Source of the DNA: Escherichia phage sutha
Sequence record: PV245934.1
Reading direction: 5' to 3' (one strand)
DNA length: 64,000 nucleotides
Part shown: piece by piece, positions 26,001 to 35,199 of the stretch
Position numbering within the stretch: the stretch's first letter is position 1
How the letters are laid out: every line of letters starts with the position of its first letter
The notes under the pieces: model-generated
Databases searched by the model: none
The model's input: the letters and a program-made list of their open reading frames with translations, nothing else
What the model was told of the DNA's origin: nothing
Program-made: the position numbers and the translations under genes

Positions 26001-26232
26001 TGACAGAAGAGACAATAAGTTCCCTAACACTAACACAACTGGTAACCATACACACACATGGTCTGGTACTACAAGCGGTGCTGGTGACCATTCCCACTCT
26101 GTAGGTATTGGTGCTCATACCCACACGGTAGCGATTGGTTCGCATGGTCATACTATCACTGTAAATAGTACAGGTAATACAGAAAACACGGTTAAAAACA
26201 TTGCTTTTAACTATATCGTTCGTTTAGCATAA
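23032..26232 (+). CDS. 37: long tail fibre distal subunit / receptor-binding protein gp37 (T4-type tip with His-box repeats)
   Basis: [13 protein letters not shown]... N-terminus and C-terminal GxHxH repeats ...[11 protein letters not shown] as T4 gp37; 1066 aa with divergent central region. Confidence 0.9.
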   Translation: MATLKQIQFKRSKTAGARPAASVLAEGELAINLKDRTIFTKDDSGNIIDLSISAGGNISGNITQTGDYLQNGTYNLNGNQFVYAGKYIEFLPKTAGNGAWANQHKNKAPIFTDLSSTTSTSEYHPLIKQRYKDGTFSVGTLVNEGSFKIQYINESGDSKYWTFNRNGSFIVDNGSIEVRAGNISASGNINSATGFVSAPRVNTKNINLSSKTFIPNNDTGYDIVSLPTWIYNPPADGSDRDTNGLNYMRKMRASNTSSIFHEVVDCRSGKPQEISWWTGVGPSSFQWAFDTSGRITAGKSISVGLPDSGTNGRYPLDSAISIGIAIGDNDTGIKWVRDGVYDLMANGISSATILNNGINSTKKLMVGYSRDSGSTWDFPNNNQAMFTARTDIDGNNNGDGQTHIGYSSNSKMYHYFRGTGRMAVGMAEGLIVEPGILDIKTGSNRVAIRADGTFDSTQRISMRTGLFLSGDDNTNALSFKAPTGVDGTKTINWDAGTRNGQNKNTVTIKAWGNSFNSTPGNRETVFEVSDSQGYYFYAQRTNPASGQTVGPVNFKFNGTVETGHIIGLGNISASGTGSFGGNVTMSKGLFVQGGSSITGQVKIGGTADALRIWNAEYGAIFRRSESNLYIIPTPKGAGESGGISNLRPLSISLNNGMVQMRHSVTLGDDGLGGNMVTVDNDSKLVVVTSNTRLSPNFRMQIGHSSYIDVECTNSVRPAGAGSFASQNNENIRAPFYMNIDRGDNSTYIPILKQRYVQGDSTYSIGTLISQGDFRVHYHQGTSTNGVDLGWEFRRTGDFRAAGKIIAGAATLGTDGNITGGSGNFANLNSTIESLKTDIVSSYPIGAPIPWPTDTPPNGYAIMEGQTFDKSAYPKLAVAYPSGVIPDMRGQTIKGKPSGRAVLSTEEDGVKAHSHSASASSTDLGTKTTSSFDYGTKNTNSTGAHTHSVSGTTSAAGNHAHHLGLLLVNGGAALYGYTTIGNSLPRTLDWLDRRDNKFPNTNTTGNHTHTWSGTTSGAGDHSHSVGIGAHTHTVAIGSHGHTITVNSTGNTENTVKNIAFNYIVRLA

Positions 26233-26259
26233 GGAGAGGGGCTTCGGCCCCTTCTAAAT

Positions 26260-26811
26260 ATGAAAATCTATCATTATTATTTTGACACAAAAGAATTTTA
26301 CAAAGAAGAAAATTACAAACCGATTAAAGGTCTTGGTCTTCCTGCTCATTCAACAATTAAAAAACCTTTAGAACCTAAAGAAGGATACGCGGTTGTATTT
26401 GATGAACGTATTCAGGATTGGATTTATGAAGAAGACCATCGCGGCAAACGAGCATGGACTTTTAATAAAGAAGAAATTTTTATAAATGACATTGGAAGCC
26501 CAGTTGGTATAACTTTTGATGAACCCGGCGAATTTGACATATGGACTGATGATGGTTGGAAAGAAGATGAAACATATAAACGGGTTTTAATTCGTAATAG
26601 AAAAATTGAAGAATTATATAAAGAATTCCAAGTATTGAGTAATATGATCGAAGCTTCAGCTGCAAATAAAAAGGAAAAATTCTATCATCAAAACCTTAAA
26701 CGGTTCTTTGCTCTTTTAGAAAAGCATGAGCATTTAGGTGGTGAATTCCCTGCATGGCCTGAAAAAGAACGGAAGCCTTGGTATAAGCGTTTATTCAAGC
26801 ATTACGTATAA
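26260..26811 (+). CDS. 38: tail fibre assembly chaperone gp38 (T4 type)
   Basis: 183 aa, MKIYHYYFDTKEFYKEENYKP...KRLFKHYV. Confidence 0.9.
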   Translation: MKIYHYYFDTKEFYKEENYKPIKGLGLPAHSTIKKPLEPKEGYAVVFDERIQDWIYEEDHRGKRAWTFNKEEIFINDIGSPVGITFDEPGEFDIWTDDGWKEDETYKRVLIRNRKIEELYKEFQVLSNMIEASAANKKEKFYHQNLKRFFALLEKHEHLGGEFPAWPEKERKPWYKRLFKHYV

Positions 26812-26832
26812 ATATCTTAAAAAGGAGGGTCT

Positions 26833-27489
26833 ATGTCAGCACCTAGAATATCATTTTCGCCCTCTGATATTCTGTTGGGTGTTCTAGATCGCTTGTTCAA
26901 AGATAACGCTACCGGGAATGTTCTTGCTTCCCGGGTAGCTGTCGTAATTCTTTTATTTATGATGGCGATTGTTTGGTATAGGGGAGATAGTTTCTTTGAG
27001 TACTATAAGCAATCAAAGTATGAAACATACAGTGAAATTATTGAAAAGGAAAGAAATGCACGCTTTGAATCTGTCGCCCTGGAACAACTCCAGATAGTTC
27101 ATATATCATCTGAGGCAGACTTTAGTGCGGTGTATTCTTTCCGCCCTAAAAACTTAAACTATTTTGTTGATATTATAGCATATGAAGGAAGATTACCTTC
27201 AACAATAAGTGAAAAATCACTTGGAGGATATCCTGTTGATAAAACTATGGATGAATATACAGTTCATTTAAATGGACGTCATTATTATTCCAACTCAAAA
27301 TTTGCTTTTTTGCCAACTAAAAAGCCTACTCCCGAAATAAACTACATGTACAGTTGTCCATATTTTAATTTGGATAACATCTATGCTGGAACAATAACCA
27401 TGTACTGGTATAGAAATGATCATATAAGTAATGACCGCCTTGAATCAATATGTTCTCAGGCGGCCAGAATATTAGGAAGGGCTAAATAA
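26833..27489 (+). CDS. t: holin
   Basis: 218 aa, MSAPRISFSPSDILLGVLDRLFKDN..., single TM helix then large periplasmic domain. Confidence 0.9.
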   Translation: MSAPRISFSPSDILLGVLDRLFKDNATGNVLASRVAVVILLFMMAIVWYRGDSFFEYYKQSKYETYSEIIEKERNARFESVALEQLQIVHISSEADFSAVYSFRPKNLNYFVDIIAYEGRLPSTISEKSLGGYPVDKTMDEYTVHLNGRHYYSNSKFAFLPTKKPTPEINYMYSCPYFNLDNIYAGTITMYWYRNDHISNDRLESICSQAARILGRAK

Positions 27490-27762
27490 TTATTTGTTCG
27501 TATACATCTCTAGATATCGATATACACCCTCAAAACCCTCGTTGAATTCGTCGATGAGGGTTTTCTTATCTTCTTGAGTTAATTCAGAAACAATTTTACG
27601 GAATGAATTCTGATTCAACTTTCTACCTTCATGCGTTACTCCAATCTCATTCAGAAATGCAATAAAATTAGCGCGATTCTCAACAATATCTTCTCGGGAA
27701 AATTTAATCAAAATAGACGCAACAGTAATAATTTCACGAACTGTATCAATATTTTTATTCAT
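27490..27762 (-). CDS. asiA: anti-sigma-70 factor AsiA
   Basis: 90 aa, MNKNIDTVREIITVASILIKFSREDIVENRANFIAFLNEIG... Confidence 0.9.
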   Translation of the reverse strand: MNKNIDTVREIITVASILIKFSREDIVENRANFIAFLNEIGVTHEGRKLNQNSFRKIVSELTQEDKKTLIDEFNEGFEGVYRYLEMYTNK

Positions 27763-27774
27763 TAACTATACCAC

Positions 27775-27927
27775 TCAATTAGTTGACTTTATTATAATAT
27801 CATCAGACACTTGATTTGTAAACTGGTCTGTGTTATTTTCTTCAAAAATTTTTTCTACGAATTCTTTGAACGACTCACGTTCCTGAGCTACATTATGCTC
27901 GATTACCTTTTCAAGATTATGACTCAT
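27775..27927 (-). CDS. small hypothetical protein (50 aa), below ORF-track cutoff
   Basis: ATG overlaps arn stop (ATGA); open frame MSHNLEKVIEHNVAQERESFKEF... Confidence 0.35.
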   Translation of the reverse strand: MSHNLEKVIEHNVAQERESFKEFVEKIFEENNTDQFTNQVSDDIIIKSTN

Positions 27928-28202
27928 TCGAAATAATCTTCAATTTCGTAATCATGGACGTAAATCATTATAGTTTTTAATACGTCATCAATACTTTTTC
28001 CTGGAGCTGGAATTACGTAAAAATATCCCGCCTTTGAGTTATCTTTATAAGTTCCAACCAAGAAATCATTATTTTCAAGATGTAGTTCTTCAACTAATTC
28101 ATTAACAATTGAGTGGTATAAATTTGGTAGAAACTTATATAGCTTTTCTAGAATATCAATTTTGATTGTATATTGAACTACAGATTGAGAATCAATAATC
28201 AT
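27924..28202 (-). CDS. arn: anti-restriction nuclease Arn (McrBC inhibitor)
   Basis: 92 aa, MIIDSQSVVQYTIKIDILEKLYKFLPNLYHSIVNELVEELH... Confidence 0.85.
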   Translation of the reverse strand: MIIDSQSVVQYTIKIDILEKLYKFLPNLYHSIVNELVEELHLENNDFLVGTYKDNSKAGYFYVIPAPGKSIDDVLKTIMIYVHDYEIEDYFE

Positions 28203-28285
28203 AGACCTTCCCCTTATGTTTCTGTTTGCGATTAGATTCTTTAAACGCTTTCTTTTTATCTTTATGGACAGAAGCTTTATTAAAA

Positions 28286-28504
28286 TTATGTTTTGCGACT
28301 AAATTGTTCATAGTGCTGAATTACCTCTCTTAAGCATTTGCATGTGAATGAAAACTTTTTAGCTACACCACATTCAAATATATGTTCTCTTAAATCGCGT
28401 GTATCGGTATATCCCATCTCAACAATAAAATGCCGTATTAGATTTTTATCTTTATCATTGAGAGAATTAAAATAATCAGATTTTGAATTAATTTCCCTGG
28501 CCAA
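28286..28504 (-). CDS. hypothetical protein (72 aa), CxxC-containing
   Basis: ORF track. Confidence 0.4.
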   Translation of the reverse strand: MAREINSKSDYFNSLNDKDKNLIRHFIVEMGYTDTRDLREHIFECGVAKKFSFTCKCLREVIQHYEQFSRKT

Positions 28505-28784
28505 ATTGAATCACCTTCAGTTGACGTTTTAACTCTTTTATCATTTCTTCGTTCATCGCAATATAAAGATCGCGTAAAGCAGGTTTTAGCGTTCCATTTA
28601 CTGGAGAACTAAATGGACATACATAATCTTTTCCTACAAGCTTTTTGGTGAATTCCATATCACAGAACTTAAATCCCGGCTCATTGGTATAAATTCCCCA
28701 ATTAGTTGACATCATTTTATTAGCATATTCCAGTGCCTGGATTTGATTCATAATTCCATCAATTTGAAACTTTTTAATATTCAT
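28488..28784 (-). CDS. hypothetical protein (98 aa)
   Basis: ORF track. Confidence 0.4.
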   Translation of the reverse strand: MNIKKFQIDGIMNQIQALEYANKMMSTNWGIYTNEPGFKFCDMEFTKKLVGKDYVCPFSSPVNGTLKPALRDLYIAMNEEMIKELKRQLKVIQFGQGN

Positions 28785-29246
28785 TAGTAAAGGTCCTCAG
28801 AGTAAAGTTCTTTTTCACTACCACCACGTTCAATACGTACTTGTCCAGCGTAAGTTGCAATAATCATTGCTTCTTCACGTGTCCAATAATTACTATATTG
28901 GTCAATAAACCCTTGGTCATCATCACAAACTTGCTGAGTAACTAATTGAGGTTTAACTACATCTAAAACTTCTGCCATATCTTTAGAATAATGACGAGCA
29001 CCTGGAATAATAAGAGTTCGTCCATCTTTTAATTTAAAACGGTTGGCTGCGCAAACAATTCGTCGTTGATACTTTTGATTTTCATCCCAATATGCAGTCT
29101 GCCAACAGATTTCAGGAACTTCATCTAAACATTTTGTTCTGTATATTCACCACCGTAAGAAGCTAATTTAGCAGCCAGACTTTCCGGAGTCTCACGAGAT
29201 AAAGCTTTATCTAACAGAGCTAAACGTTCTTTAAAAGTTTTCATTT
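28784..29246 (-). pseudogene. hypothetical gene apparently split by a 1-nt frameshift (39-aa N-terminal ORF plus start-less downstream frame ending at 28784)
   Basis: ATG at 29244-29246 opens frame that stops at 29127-29129; the -1 frame is open from 29148 through the track ORF 28784-28978 with no start codon for about 50 codons. Confidence 0.4.
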
Positions 29247-29570
29247 AAACCATCCTTTAATACGCTGCCACAAAGTTTTCTGTTGAGCTTTGTTGACGCC
29301 AATTGAGCGAATAACTGGTTGAGATTCCTGGAATTCTTTATAATCAGCAAGGTAAATTTCGTAAGCTGCATCTGTAAATGAACTTATTGCTGCCATAAAA
29401 TTATTGCGAATACCTACTGGAGCATCTTTACTTTCACGAATAATCATGTATTTACCAGTCTTAATCTTTACAATAGTTCCAAGATAAGCTCCATGGTACC
29501 AAATATCCCAACCCTCTTGAGTAGGTTCTGCGCAACGACGAAGTTCATTAACAATTTCTAACTTGTTCAT
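29241..29570 (-). CDS. hypothetical protein (109 aa), motA.1 position
   Basis: ORF track; directly downstream of motA. Confidence 0.45.
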   Translation of the reverse strand: MNKLEIVNELRRCAEPTQEGWDIWYHGAYLGTIVKIKTGKYMIIRESKDAPVGIRNNFMAAISSFTDAAYEIYLADYKEFQESQPVIRSIGVNKAQQKTLWQRIKGWFK

Positions 29571-29580
29571 TATTTATTCC

Positions 29581-30216
29581 TCACAGTTCAGATGCTACAG
29601 TGATTACAGCTTCAATGTTTTCTGCCGAGCGTTTAATGTCAAGATACACATTACCGTTTTTAGCGATTTTACATGACATTCCGATATCAGTAAATTTCTG
29701 AATATGATGTTCCATCATTTTGTATCCAAAAATTCGCATATTTCCATTGTTGTTAATTTCAAAATTACGAATTCCGTGAGTGCGTTTTTCTAAAATAGCG
29801 AGATAGTTACTGCGATAAGTTTCAACCTTTTTAAGAACAAATCCATTTTCATCTAAAAGTTTTAACATGAAGTCTTTATCTTCTTCCATATCAGAAGTAA
29901 TCTCACGAGCTTTACGAGTTGCTCGTTTTTTCAGCAGTTCAGGAGCATTTTCCTGTGCGTATAAAGTTGCTGCATTTGAAATAATATCCTGAGCTTCACC
30001 AGTAATGATTAATCCATCACCAGATTTCTCCACCAGGCCTTTTTTAATCAATACCCCAATATTACTATTAACTACTGCGTTACCTAAATCTGGATGCACC
30101 TCACGAACTTCTGCAGCTGTAATGAAATCTTTCTTAGCAATAGTAATTAAAATCGCAGCAGTTTTTTCATTCAGAACACCGTTAGAAGCTTTGATGATGT
30201 AAGTTACTTTAGACAT
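29581..30216 (-). CDS. motA: middle-transcription activator MotA
   Basis: 211 aa, MSKVTYIIKASNGVLNEKTAAILITIAKKDFITAAEVREVHPDLG... Confidence 0.9.
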   Translation of the reverse strand: MSKVTYIIKASNGVLNEKTAAILITIAKKDFITAAEVREVHPDLGNAVVNSNIGVLIKKGLVEKSGDGLIITGEAQDIISNAATLYAQENAPELLKKRATRKAREITSDMEEDKDFMLKLLDENGFVLKKVETYRSNYLAILEKRTHGIRNFEINNNGNMRIFGYKMMEHHIQKFTDIGMSCKIAKNGNVYLDIKRSAENIEAVITVASEL

Positions 30217-30253
30217 TTTCTAATCTCCGTAATTCTGTATCAGTAGTTGATAG

Positions 30254-30287
30254 TTGTATAGTACCACAGTATGCTTTGGTTGTAAAC
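30254..30287 (-). promoter_or_regulatory. T4 early-type promoter (conserved cassette) upstream of motA
   Basis: rc GTTTAC at 30282-30287; conserved CAGTAGTTGATAGTTGTATAGTACCA block. Confidence 0.55.
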
Positions 30288-30317
30288 CGTTTTGTGAAAA
30301 AATTTTTGAAATAAAAA

Positions 30318-30340
30318 AGGGAGAGCCGAGGCTCTCCCTA
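30318..30340 (-). terminator. rho-independent terminator
   Basis: rc GGGAGAGCC-TCG-GCTCTCCC hairpin followed by TTTTTTATTT. Confidence 0.55.
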
Positions 30341-30343
30341 AAA

Positions 30344-30493
30344 TTACTGCATGAATGTGATAACTATCATGATAACACGTTGAATTCCGAACGCAAGAAG
30401 ACCTCCTGCTACGGCTGGAACAACGCCTAAACCCGCCAGTAAAATGCTACCAGATACTAATGCAGCGCTTGTAATACCTATGAATGGACTCAT
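30344..30493 (-). CDS. small hydrophobic membrane protein (49 aa), T4 52.1 position
   Basis: MSPFIGITSAALVSGSILLAGLGVVPAVAGGLLAFGIQRVIMIVITFMQ; start overlaps gene 52 stop. Confidence 0.45.
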   Translation of the reverse strand: MSPFIGITSAALVSGSILLAGLGVVPAVAGGLLAFGIQRVIMIVITFMQ

Positions 30494-31818
30494 TTGATTT
30501 CCTCTAAATCTTTGGTGTATTCAGTAACTACATCAGTAGTTTTCCAATATTCGTTTTCTTCTTTTTTAGCTTTAGCTTCTTCAGCAAGTTTCTTCGCTTC
30601 ATCGGAAGTCATATGAAAAATATTCATTCCAACTAGTTTATCAACATAAGAAGAATACATATCGATTTTCGAAAGTTCTTCGGTCAGTTCTTTACGAGTT
30701 TTACCTTGTACAACAATTTCACCTGAAATTACTTTCTTAATGAAATGTGCCTTGGCAAAGGCTAAACGAAAAGCTGATTCAGTTTCTTTAATTTTGTTAT
30801 CAATTCGTTTTTGAACATAAGTTTTACGAACTTCAACAAAGTCTTTAATTAAATCAACTACGTTATCGTAAACTTGTAGTTTTCCTTTCTCATTAATAAC
30901 GGTAATATTCTGAGAACGACGCTCAATCAACCCGAAGTCTTTCATAATTTTTGCATGACGTTCTTCTTCATTATCGCTCAAAGAATATTCTTTGCGGAAT
31001 TTAGCTTTGAATCCAAAACCATGCTCACCGCAAGCATCATCCCATGTAATGAAGCCTTTATCTTCAAGCGGGTCTAAGATTTTACTCACATAAGTTTCAC
31101 GATCATACTTATACGGAATCTCAGTGATATGCATTTGAGTTCGTGAAGTAAACTTATATGTTCCACGAATTTCATATTGCCCATCAATTTCAACGACTTC
31201 ACCACGAAATTCTGGGAATTCTACCTTCGGTTTAGTTACTTTCTTTCCTTGAAGAGCTTGCAGTACAGCTTTCTTAACAGAAGAAACACTATGAGGAAGA
31301 ATGTAAGTTGCATAACCAGTTGCAATACCGGAAACGCCATTAAGAAGAACAGTAGGAATAACAGGCAAATAGAAAGCAGGCGGAATGTGTTCTTTATCTT
31401 GATGTACCGGAGCATATTCAGTATCTTTATATACGTTATAGAAATTTTTACTTACACGAGCAAAAATATAACGACTTGCTGCTGCTTTTTGGACAGTACG
31501 AGAACCAAAGTTTCCTTGACCATCTAACAGAGGAAAGTTATTATTCCAAGTGTTAGCCATCAAAGCACCTGCGTCTTGCGCAGAGTTTTCACCATGATGA
31601 TATCCAAGGTCCGCTACACCACCTGCAATAGAAGCGAGTTTGTGAAACTTATCTTTATTTCCTCGTGCCAAATCAAGAGCTCGAGCAATAACAAATCGTT
31701 GAACTGGCTTAAATCCATCAATCATATTTGGAATAGCACGATTTTCAACCGTGTACATAGCATAAGCCAATGCTTCATTATCAATGATACTTTTTAAATC
31801 GCGATTATTCAGTTGCAT
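30490..31818 (-). CDS. 52: DNA topoisomerase II medium subunit gp52 (GyrA-like)
   Basis: 442 aa, MQLNNRDLKSIIDNEALAYAMYTVENRAIPNMIDGFKPVQRF... Confidence 0.9.
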   Translation of the reverse strand: MQLNNRDLKSIIDNEALAYAMYTVENRAIPNMIDGFKPVQRFVIARALDLARGNKDKFHKLASIAGGVADLGYHHGENSAQDAGALMANTWNNNFPLLDGQGNFGSRTVQKAAASRYIFARVSKNFYNVYKDTEYAPVHQDKEHIPPAFYLPVIPTVLLNGVSGIATGYATYILPHSVSSVKKAVLQALQGKKVTKPKVEFPEFRGEVVEIDGQYEIRGTYKFTSRTQMHITEIPYKYDRETYVSKILDPLEDKGFITWDDACGEHGFGFKAKFRKEYSLSDNEEERHAKIMKDFGLIERRSQNITVINEKGKLQVYDNVVDLIKDFVEVRKTYVQKRIDNKIKETESAFRLAFAKAHFIKKVISGEIVVQGKTRKELTEELSKIDMYSSYVDKLVGMNIFHMTSDEAKKLAEEAKAKKEENEYWKTTDVVTEYTKDLEEIK

Positions 31819-31955
31819 AAATTTACCATACTAGTGAATGTAGTGCCATAATAACATCAGAAATGAAAAGCACGACTTGAATTAATCCGAACATTATTCC
31901 GTAATATAATGCTACCAATAAAGTAGCAAGGGCTAATGAATAGCCCAAGATTTTC

Positions 31956-32114
31956 TTAATCATTAGTAGATAACAACACAAATGTTAAATATGCACACAT
32001 ACCCTGAGCTAAAGCTTGCGAAAACACACTGCTGGCATCAATACAGATAGTTAAAACACATGCTACTATCCAACAAATAAATGAAATAACTCCTAATAAT
32101 TTTGCGATATTCAT
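31956..32114 (-). CDS. ac: small membrane protein (51 aa from internal Met), T4 ac position
   Basis: MNIAKLLGVISFICWIVACVLTICIDASSVFSQALAQGMC...; size and position as T4 ac; identity not verified. Confidence 0.45.
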   Translation of the reverse strand: MNIAKLLGVISFICWIVACVLTICIDASSVFSQALAQGMCAYLTFVLLSTND

Positions 32115-32124
32115 AATATTCTCC

Positions 32125-32280
32125 TCAACTATTTTTAGAACCAATGTACGCGAATAATGATAAAATCGCTAATACGCCCTGAGCTGATGCTTGCAAAAAT
32201 ACTGAAGTTTCTCCAGTTATTACTGTTCCGATACATAAAAAGAACCAACAGAAAAAGGCTATACCGTGAACAAATTTCAT
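32125..32280 (-). CDS. small membrane protein (51 aa), paralogue of the ac-like protein
   Basis: MKFVHGIAFFCWFFLCIGTVITGETSVFLQASAQGVLAILSLFAYIGSKNS; shared CW..C..SVF.QA.AQG pattern; below ORF-track cutoff. Confidence 0.45.
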   Translation of the reverse strand: MKFVHGIAFFCWFFLCIGTVITGETSVFLQASAQGVLAILSLFAYIGSKNS

Positions 32281-32287
32281 ATTTTCC

Positions 32288-32368
32288 TCACTGGCGTCCG
32301 AAGACGCCTTTGGTTTTAAGATTGTTACGATAGAACTGCATCACGTGTTCGTTGTGGAAATTACTCAT
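32288..32368 (-). CDS. stp: Stp peptide (26 aa; anticodon-nuclease PrrC activator / restriction inhibitor)
   Basis: Translates to [26 protein letters not shown], matching T4 Stp as I recall it; ATG overlaps ndd stop (TAATG). Confidence 0.8.
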
Positions 32369-32826
32369 TAATATGCCTGCAAAACAAATTTAAAGTTATC
32401 AGCCAACATACGGTTCATTTCTTCAAGTGTTTGATACTCAGAATGATGATTACGAGTAAACGCTAAAGCTAACTGACCTTTACCAAATCCTGTCGTCAGA
32501 GGTTTCATCTTAGAAGCAGGCAGATAAAACACTGTGTATGGAACATTGTTATTTGCAATAGTACGCGCAAGTTGAGACCGACGTTGACGAATATGACTTA
32601 GAACTGCACTGAATCCTTGCTTAGAACGCTGATTACCTACATAAAATCGTGCAGACACACATGGATTACTAAATGGACGACCATCTAATTTACTTACTAA
32701 AAAGTAAAATCCAGGTTTAGATAAAATATCTTTATGCGGAGTTCCTAAAAACCACTCACCGCCCTTGATTGTACCAATAACAGTAGCGCCTGCGTTGTTC
32801 AGATCAGTAACAGTCATGTATTTCAT
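32368..32826 (-). CDS. ndd: nucleoid disruption protein Ndd
   Basis: [35 protein letters not shown]... about 152 aa from internal Met; ORF track extends upstream. Confidence 0.85.
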
Positions 32827-32884
32827 ATTAATTTCCTCTAAATTATTTTCTACTCCATGGCCGCATGAATACGCGGCCATTAAA

Positions 32885-33100
32885 TTAATCGTCGCAGTCG
32901 ACGCTCAATTCCCAAAACTCTTCTACAGTATAAGTTTCAGTATCATTTTCAATACAGAAACGTTCATTACTGTTATTTGCTAAAGTAGCATTAACTGTCG
33001 GTTTCTCGTTAGTGCTCTTAAGAGGTGAAATACGAATTAACTGATCACCGTTATCTAAACAAAAAATTTCACCAACTTTTACATCTTTAAAACTTTTCAT
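32885..33100 (-). CDS. hypothetical protein (71 aa)
   Basis: ORF track. Confidence 0.4.
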   Translation of the reverse strand: MKSFKDVKVGEIFCLDNGDQLIRISPLKSTNEKPTVNATLANNSNERFCIENDTETYTVEEFWELSVDCDD

Positions 33101-33215
33101 AATTCACCTCAAGGAGTATAAAATCCAAACGCAGTTGTTGACCATCCCATCCAATATGGGAAATTTGCACCAATGTAAAACATAAGAATATAAAACCAAA
33201 TGCTTAGTAAATTCA

Positions 33216-33434
33216 TCATTTTACACCATTCCAAATTGTTTCAACCACAGATTTTAAACCATTTTGATGAATATCAATTCCGACTACTGTCATCAAATAG
33301 ATTCCAACTACAACTGAACCTAAGGCAAAAATCAGCATGAAAATGAATAAAGCCGGAAAAATATTATCGAAAAACCACTCAATAAATGTAAAAGCACTGC
33401 GTTTACGCTTCATATTTTCCTCACATAAATCCAA
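33216..33434 (-). CDS. hypothetical membrane protein (72 aa)
   Basis: ORF track; two hydrophobic segments. Confidence 0.4.
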   Translation of the reverse strand: MDLCEENMKRKRSAFTFIEWFFDNIFPALFIFMLIFALGSVVVGIYLMTVVGIDIHQNGLKSVVETIWNGVK

Positions 33435-33669
33435 AGTAAACGTTTAATACATCAATCATTAAAACGATTGGGAATATACTCAAAACTATTAGTATTATAA
33501 CTACATTCCATATAGCTTTAACAATCTTTTTCATTTTCTGTTCCTCCGTAGTTGATAGTTGTATAGTACCACGGAAGAACAGTCTTGTAAACAACTTTTT
33601 TAAAAATATTCGTAATAAATGTGAATACCAACTACTACCGCTGAAACCTGTGCAACCCACCACGCACAA
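33421..33669 (-). CDS. hypothetical membrane protein (82 aa)
   Basis: ORF track; C-terminal hydrophobic segment. Confidence 0.35.
   Translation of the reverse strand: MCVVGCTGFSGSSWYSHLLRIFLKKLFTRLFFRGTIQLSTTEEQKMKKIVKAIWNVVIILIVLSIFPIVLMIDVLNVYFGFM
33559..33592 (-). promoter_or_regulatory. T4 early-type promoter (conserved cassette)
   Basis: rc GTTTAC at 33587-33592; conserved block GTAGTTGATAGTTGTATAGTACCA. Confidence 0.5.
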
Positions 33670-33777
33670 GCAATACGTACAGAATTCAAAATTTTCATAA
33701 TAACCTCATCACAAAAGTAAATGTTAAACAAATTACTGGAATACTAATTAACCAAACAAAACACCACCATAATGAAC

Positions 33778-34041
33778 TCATAGTTCAATCTCAATAATTT
33801 CAAGATTATTTTCTTTAATAGCTTTCTTTAAATCATCGTAAATAAGAACTTCCCAAGAATTGTTTAAATCACCATTCAACAAACGCTCTTGTTGCAATTT
33901 ATCAGTAAGATATGGTTGGTTTGATTCATATTTAGACAATCCCAATGAAATAAATGATGTTGCATCGTCAATTTCAGAATATTGTACATAAACAAATTCA
34001 CCTGTGATTTTATGTTTAACATAAAAGAATTTAAATTTCAT
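33778..34041 (-). CDS. hypothetical protein (87 aa)
   Basis: ORF track. Confidence 0.4.
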   Translation of the reverse strand: MKFKFFYVKHKITGEFVYVQYSEIDDATSFISLGLSKYESNQPYLTDKLQQERLLNGDLNNSWEVLIYDDLKKAIKENNLEIIEIEL

Positions 34042-34064
34042 TTTTGTTCCTCTGTAGTTGATAG

Positions 34065-34098
34065 TTGTATAGTACCATGGTCCTTGTAGTATGTAAAC
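34065..34098 (-). promoter_or_regulatory. T4 early-type promoter (conserved cassette)
   Basis: rc GTTTAC at 34093-34098; conserved -10 block. Confidence 0.5.
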
Positions 34099-34114
34099 TA
34101 GTTTATGAAATTTT

Positions 34115-34672
34115 TTAGATGGAAAGATACCATCCGTTGTAGTTGCTTTTTCGCACTACCTTACGAAGGTCTTCTCTATCACCAATGAACTTCGGAGTGT
34201 ACTGGATGACACCTGGATGAATTTCTTTAGTGTTGAATATAATTATACAGTCCGCGACTTGATGATTTAGAATGGGCCCTAGATTTATTCCAGAACCATA
34301 TGGATACTCTCCGCTGCATCCTGTTGTTACCGAAATCCAACGTGAGTCAGTTTGATGTGTCTTAACTTCTACACGGAGCCCACAGTATTTTGGATGTGCT
34401 AAAACATCCCATGCATATGTGTACGGATCATCGACATCTTCTTGACCTTTGTTAACATACCCGCTTAGCCAATCTGCTACAAAAAACTCTGCGTACACAG
34501 CGATACGGCATCTTTCGATAACTTCTGCCTTATCCTGATTCGGATTTTGTTTTAAAGAGTATCTTGCTGTATCAGAAATTTTGACCTTCATTTCACTAGT
34601 CAAGTCACCGTTCGATAGGGTAAATGCCGGAATCTGAAATAGTCTCTGTAAACCCGGATTCGTTTTCTGCAT
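34115..34672 (-). CDS. denB: endonuclease IV
   Basis: 185 aa, MQKTNPGLQRLFQIPAFTLSNGDLTSEMKVK... Confidence 0.85.
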   Translation of the reverse strand: MQKTNPGLQRLFQIPAFTLSNGDLTSEMKVKISDTARYSLKQNPNQDKAEVIERCRIAVYAEFFVADWLSGYVNKGQEDVDDPYTYAWDVLAHPKYCGLRVEVKTHQTDSRWISVTTGCSGEYPYGSGINLGPILNHQVADCIIIFNTKEIHPGVIQYTPKFIGDREDLRKVVRKSNYNGWYLSI

Positions 34673-34934
34673 TTAGACTTTCCTTTTTACCACTGAGATA
34701 AGCGTTATATACTTTAAGAGCGCCGTAATAAATTCGGTCATTTTCATCTAAAGACTCGCGGTCAAGTTCATCGAGCTCCTTTTTATCCATGACTATAACA
34801 TCATTACAGTAAAGAAACCCAAGTTTTTCGTGACCAAACTCAAATTTATTACAGTACACAATATTAGCGTGATGATTTCCGTGCAGTTTAATCTCTTTTA
34901 TGTCGGAATCACCGATATTCATACAATAAATCAT
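34605..34934 (-). CDS. hypothetical protein (109 aa), 3' end overlaps denB start by 68 nt
   Basis: ORF track. Confidence 0.35.
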   Translation of the reverse strand: MIYCMNIGDSDIKEIKLHGNHHANIVYCNKFEFGHEKLGFLYCNDVIVMDKKELDELDRESLDENDRIYYGALKVYNAYLSGKKESLNAENESGFTETISDSGIYPIER

Positions 34935-34972
34935 AATTTTTCCTTAAAACAAAAGGGCCGAAGCCCTTTATT

Positions 34973-35167
34973 TTACTTGAATTGTGCAATTCTTTTCTCT
35001 AGACATTCAGCATAAGATTTCATTGAGATAAACTGCGAAAGTAGCAGTTCTTGCTCAACTGTGCTAACTGTTAGAAACTTTGCGCTTTCTAAAAATTTGC
35101 TCAGTGCATTAATTTTGAGCATTAATTGATCGTATTCTTCTTTTACTCGTGCTTGATAACCTAACAT
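34973..35167 (-). CDS. hypothetical protein (64 aa)
   Basis: ORF track; flanked by GC hairpins. Confidence 0.4.
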   Translation of the reverse strand: MLGYQARVKEEYDQLMLKINALSKFLESAKFLTVSTVEQELLLSQFISMKSYAECLEKRIAQFK

Positions 35168-35199
35168 AATTTTCCTTAATGTGATAAGGGCCGAAGCCC

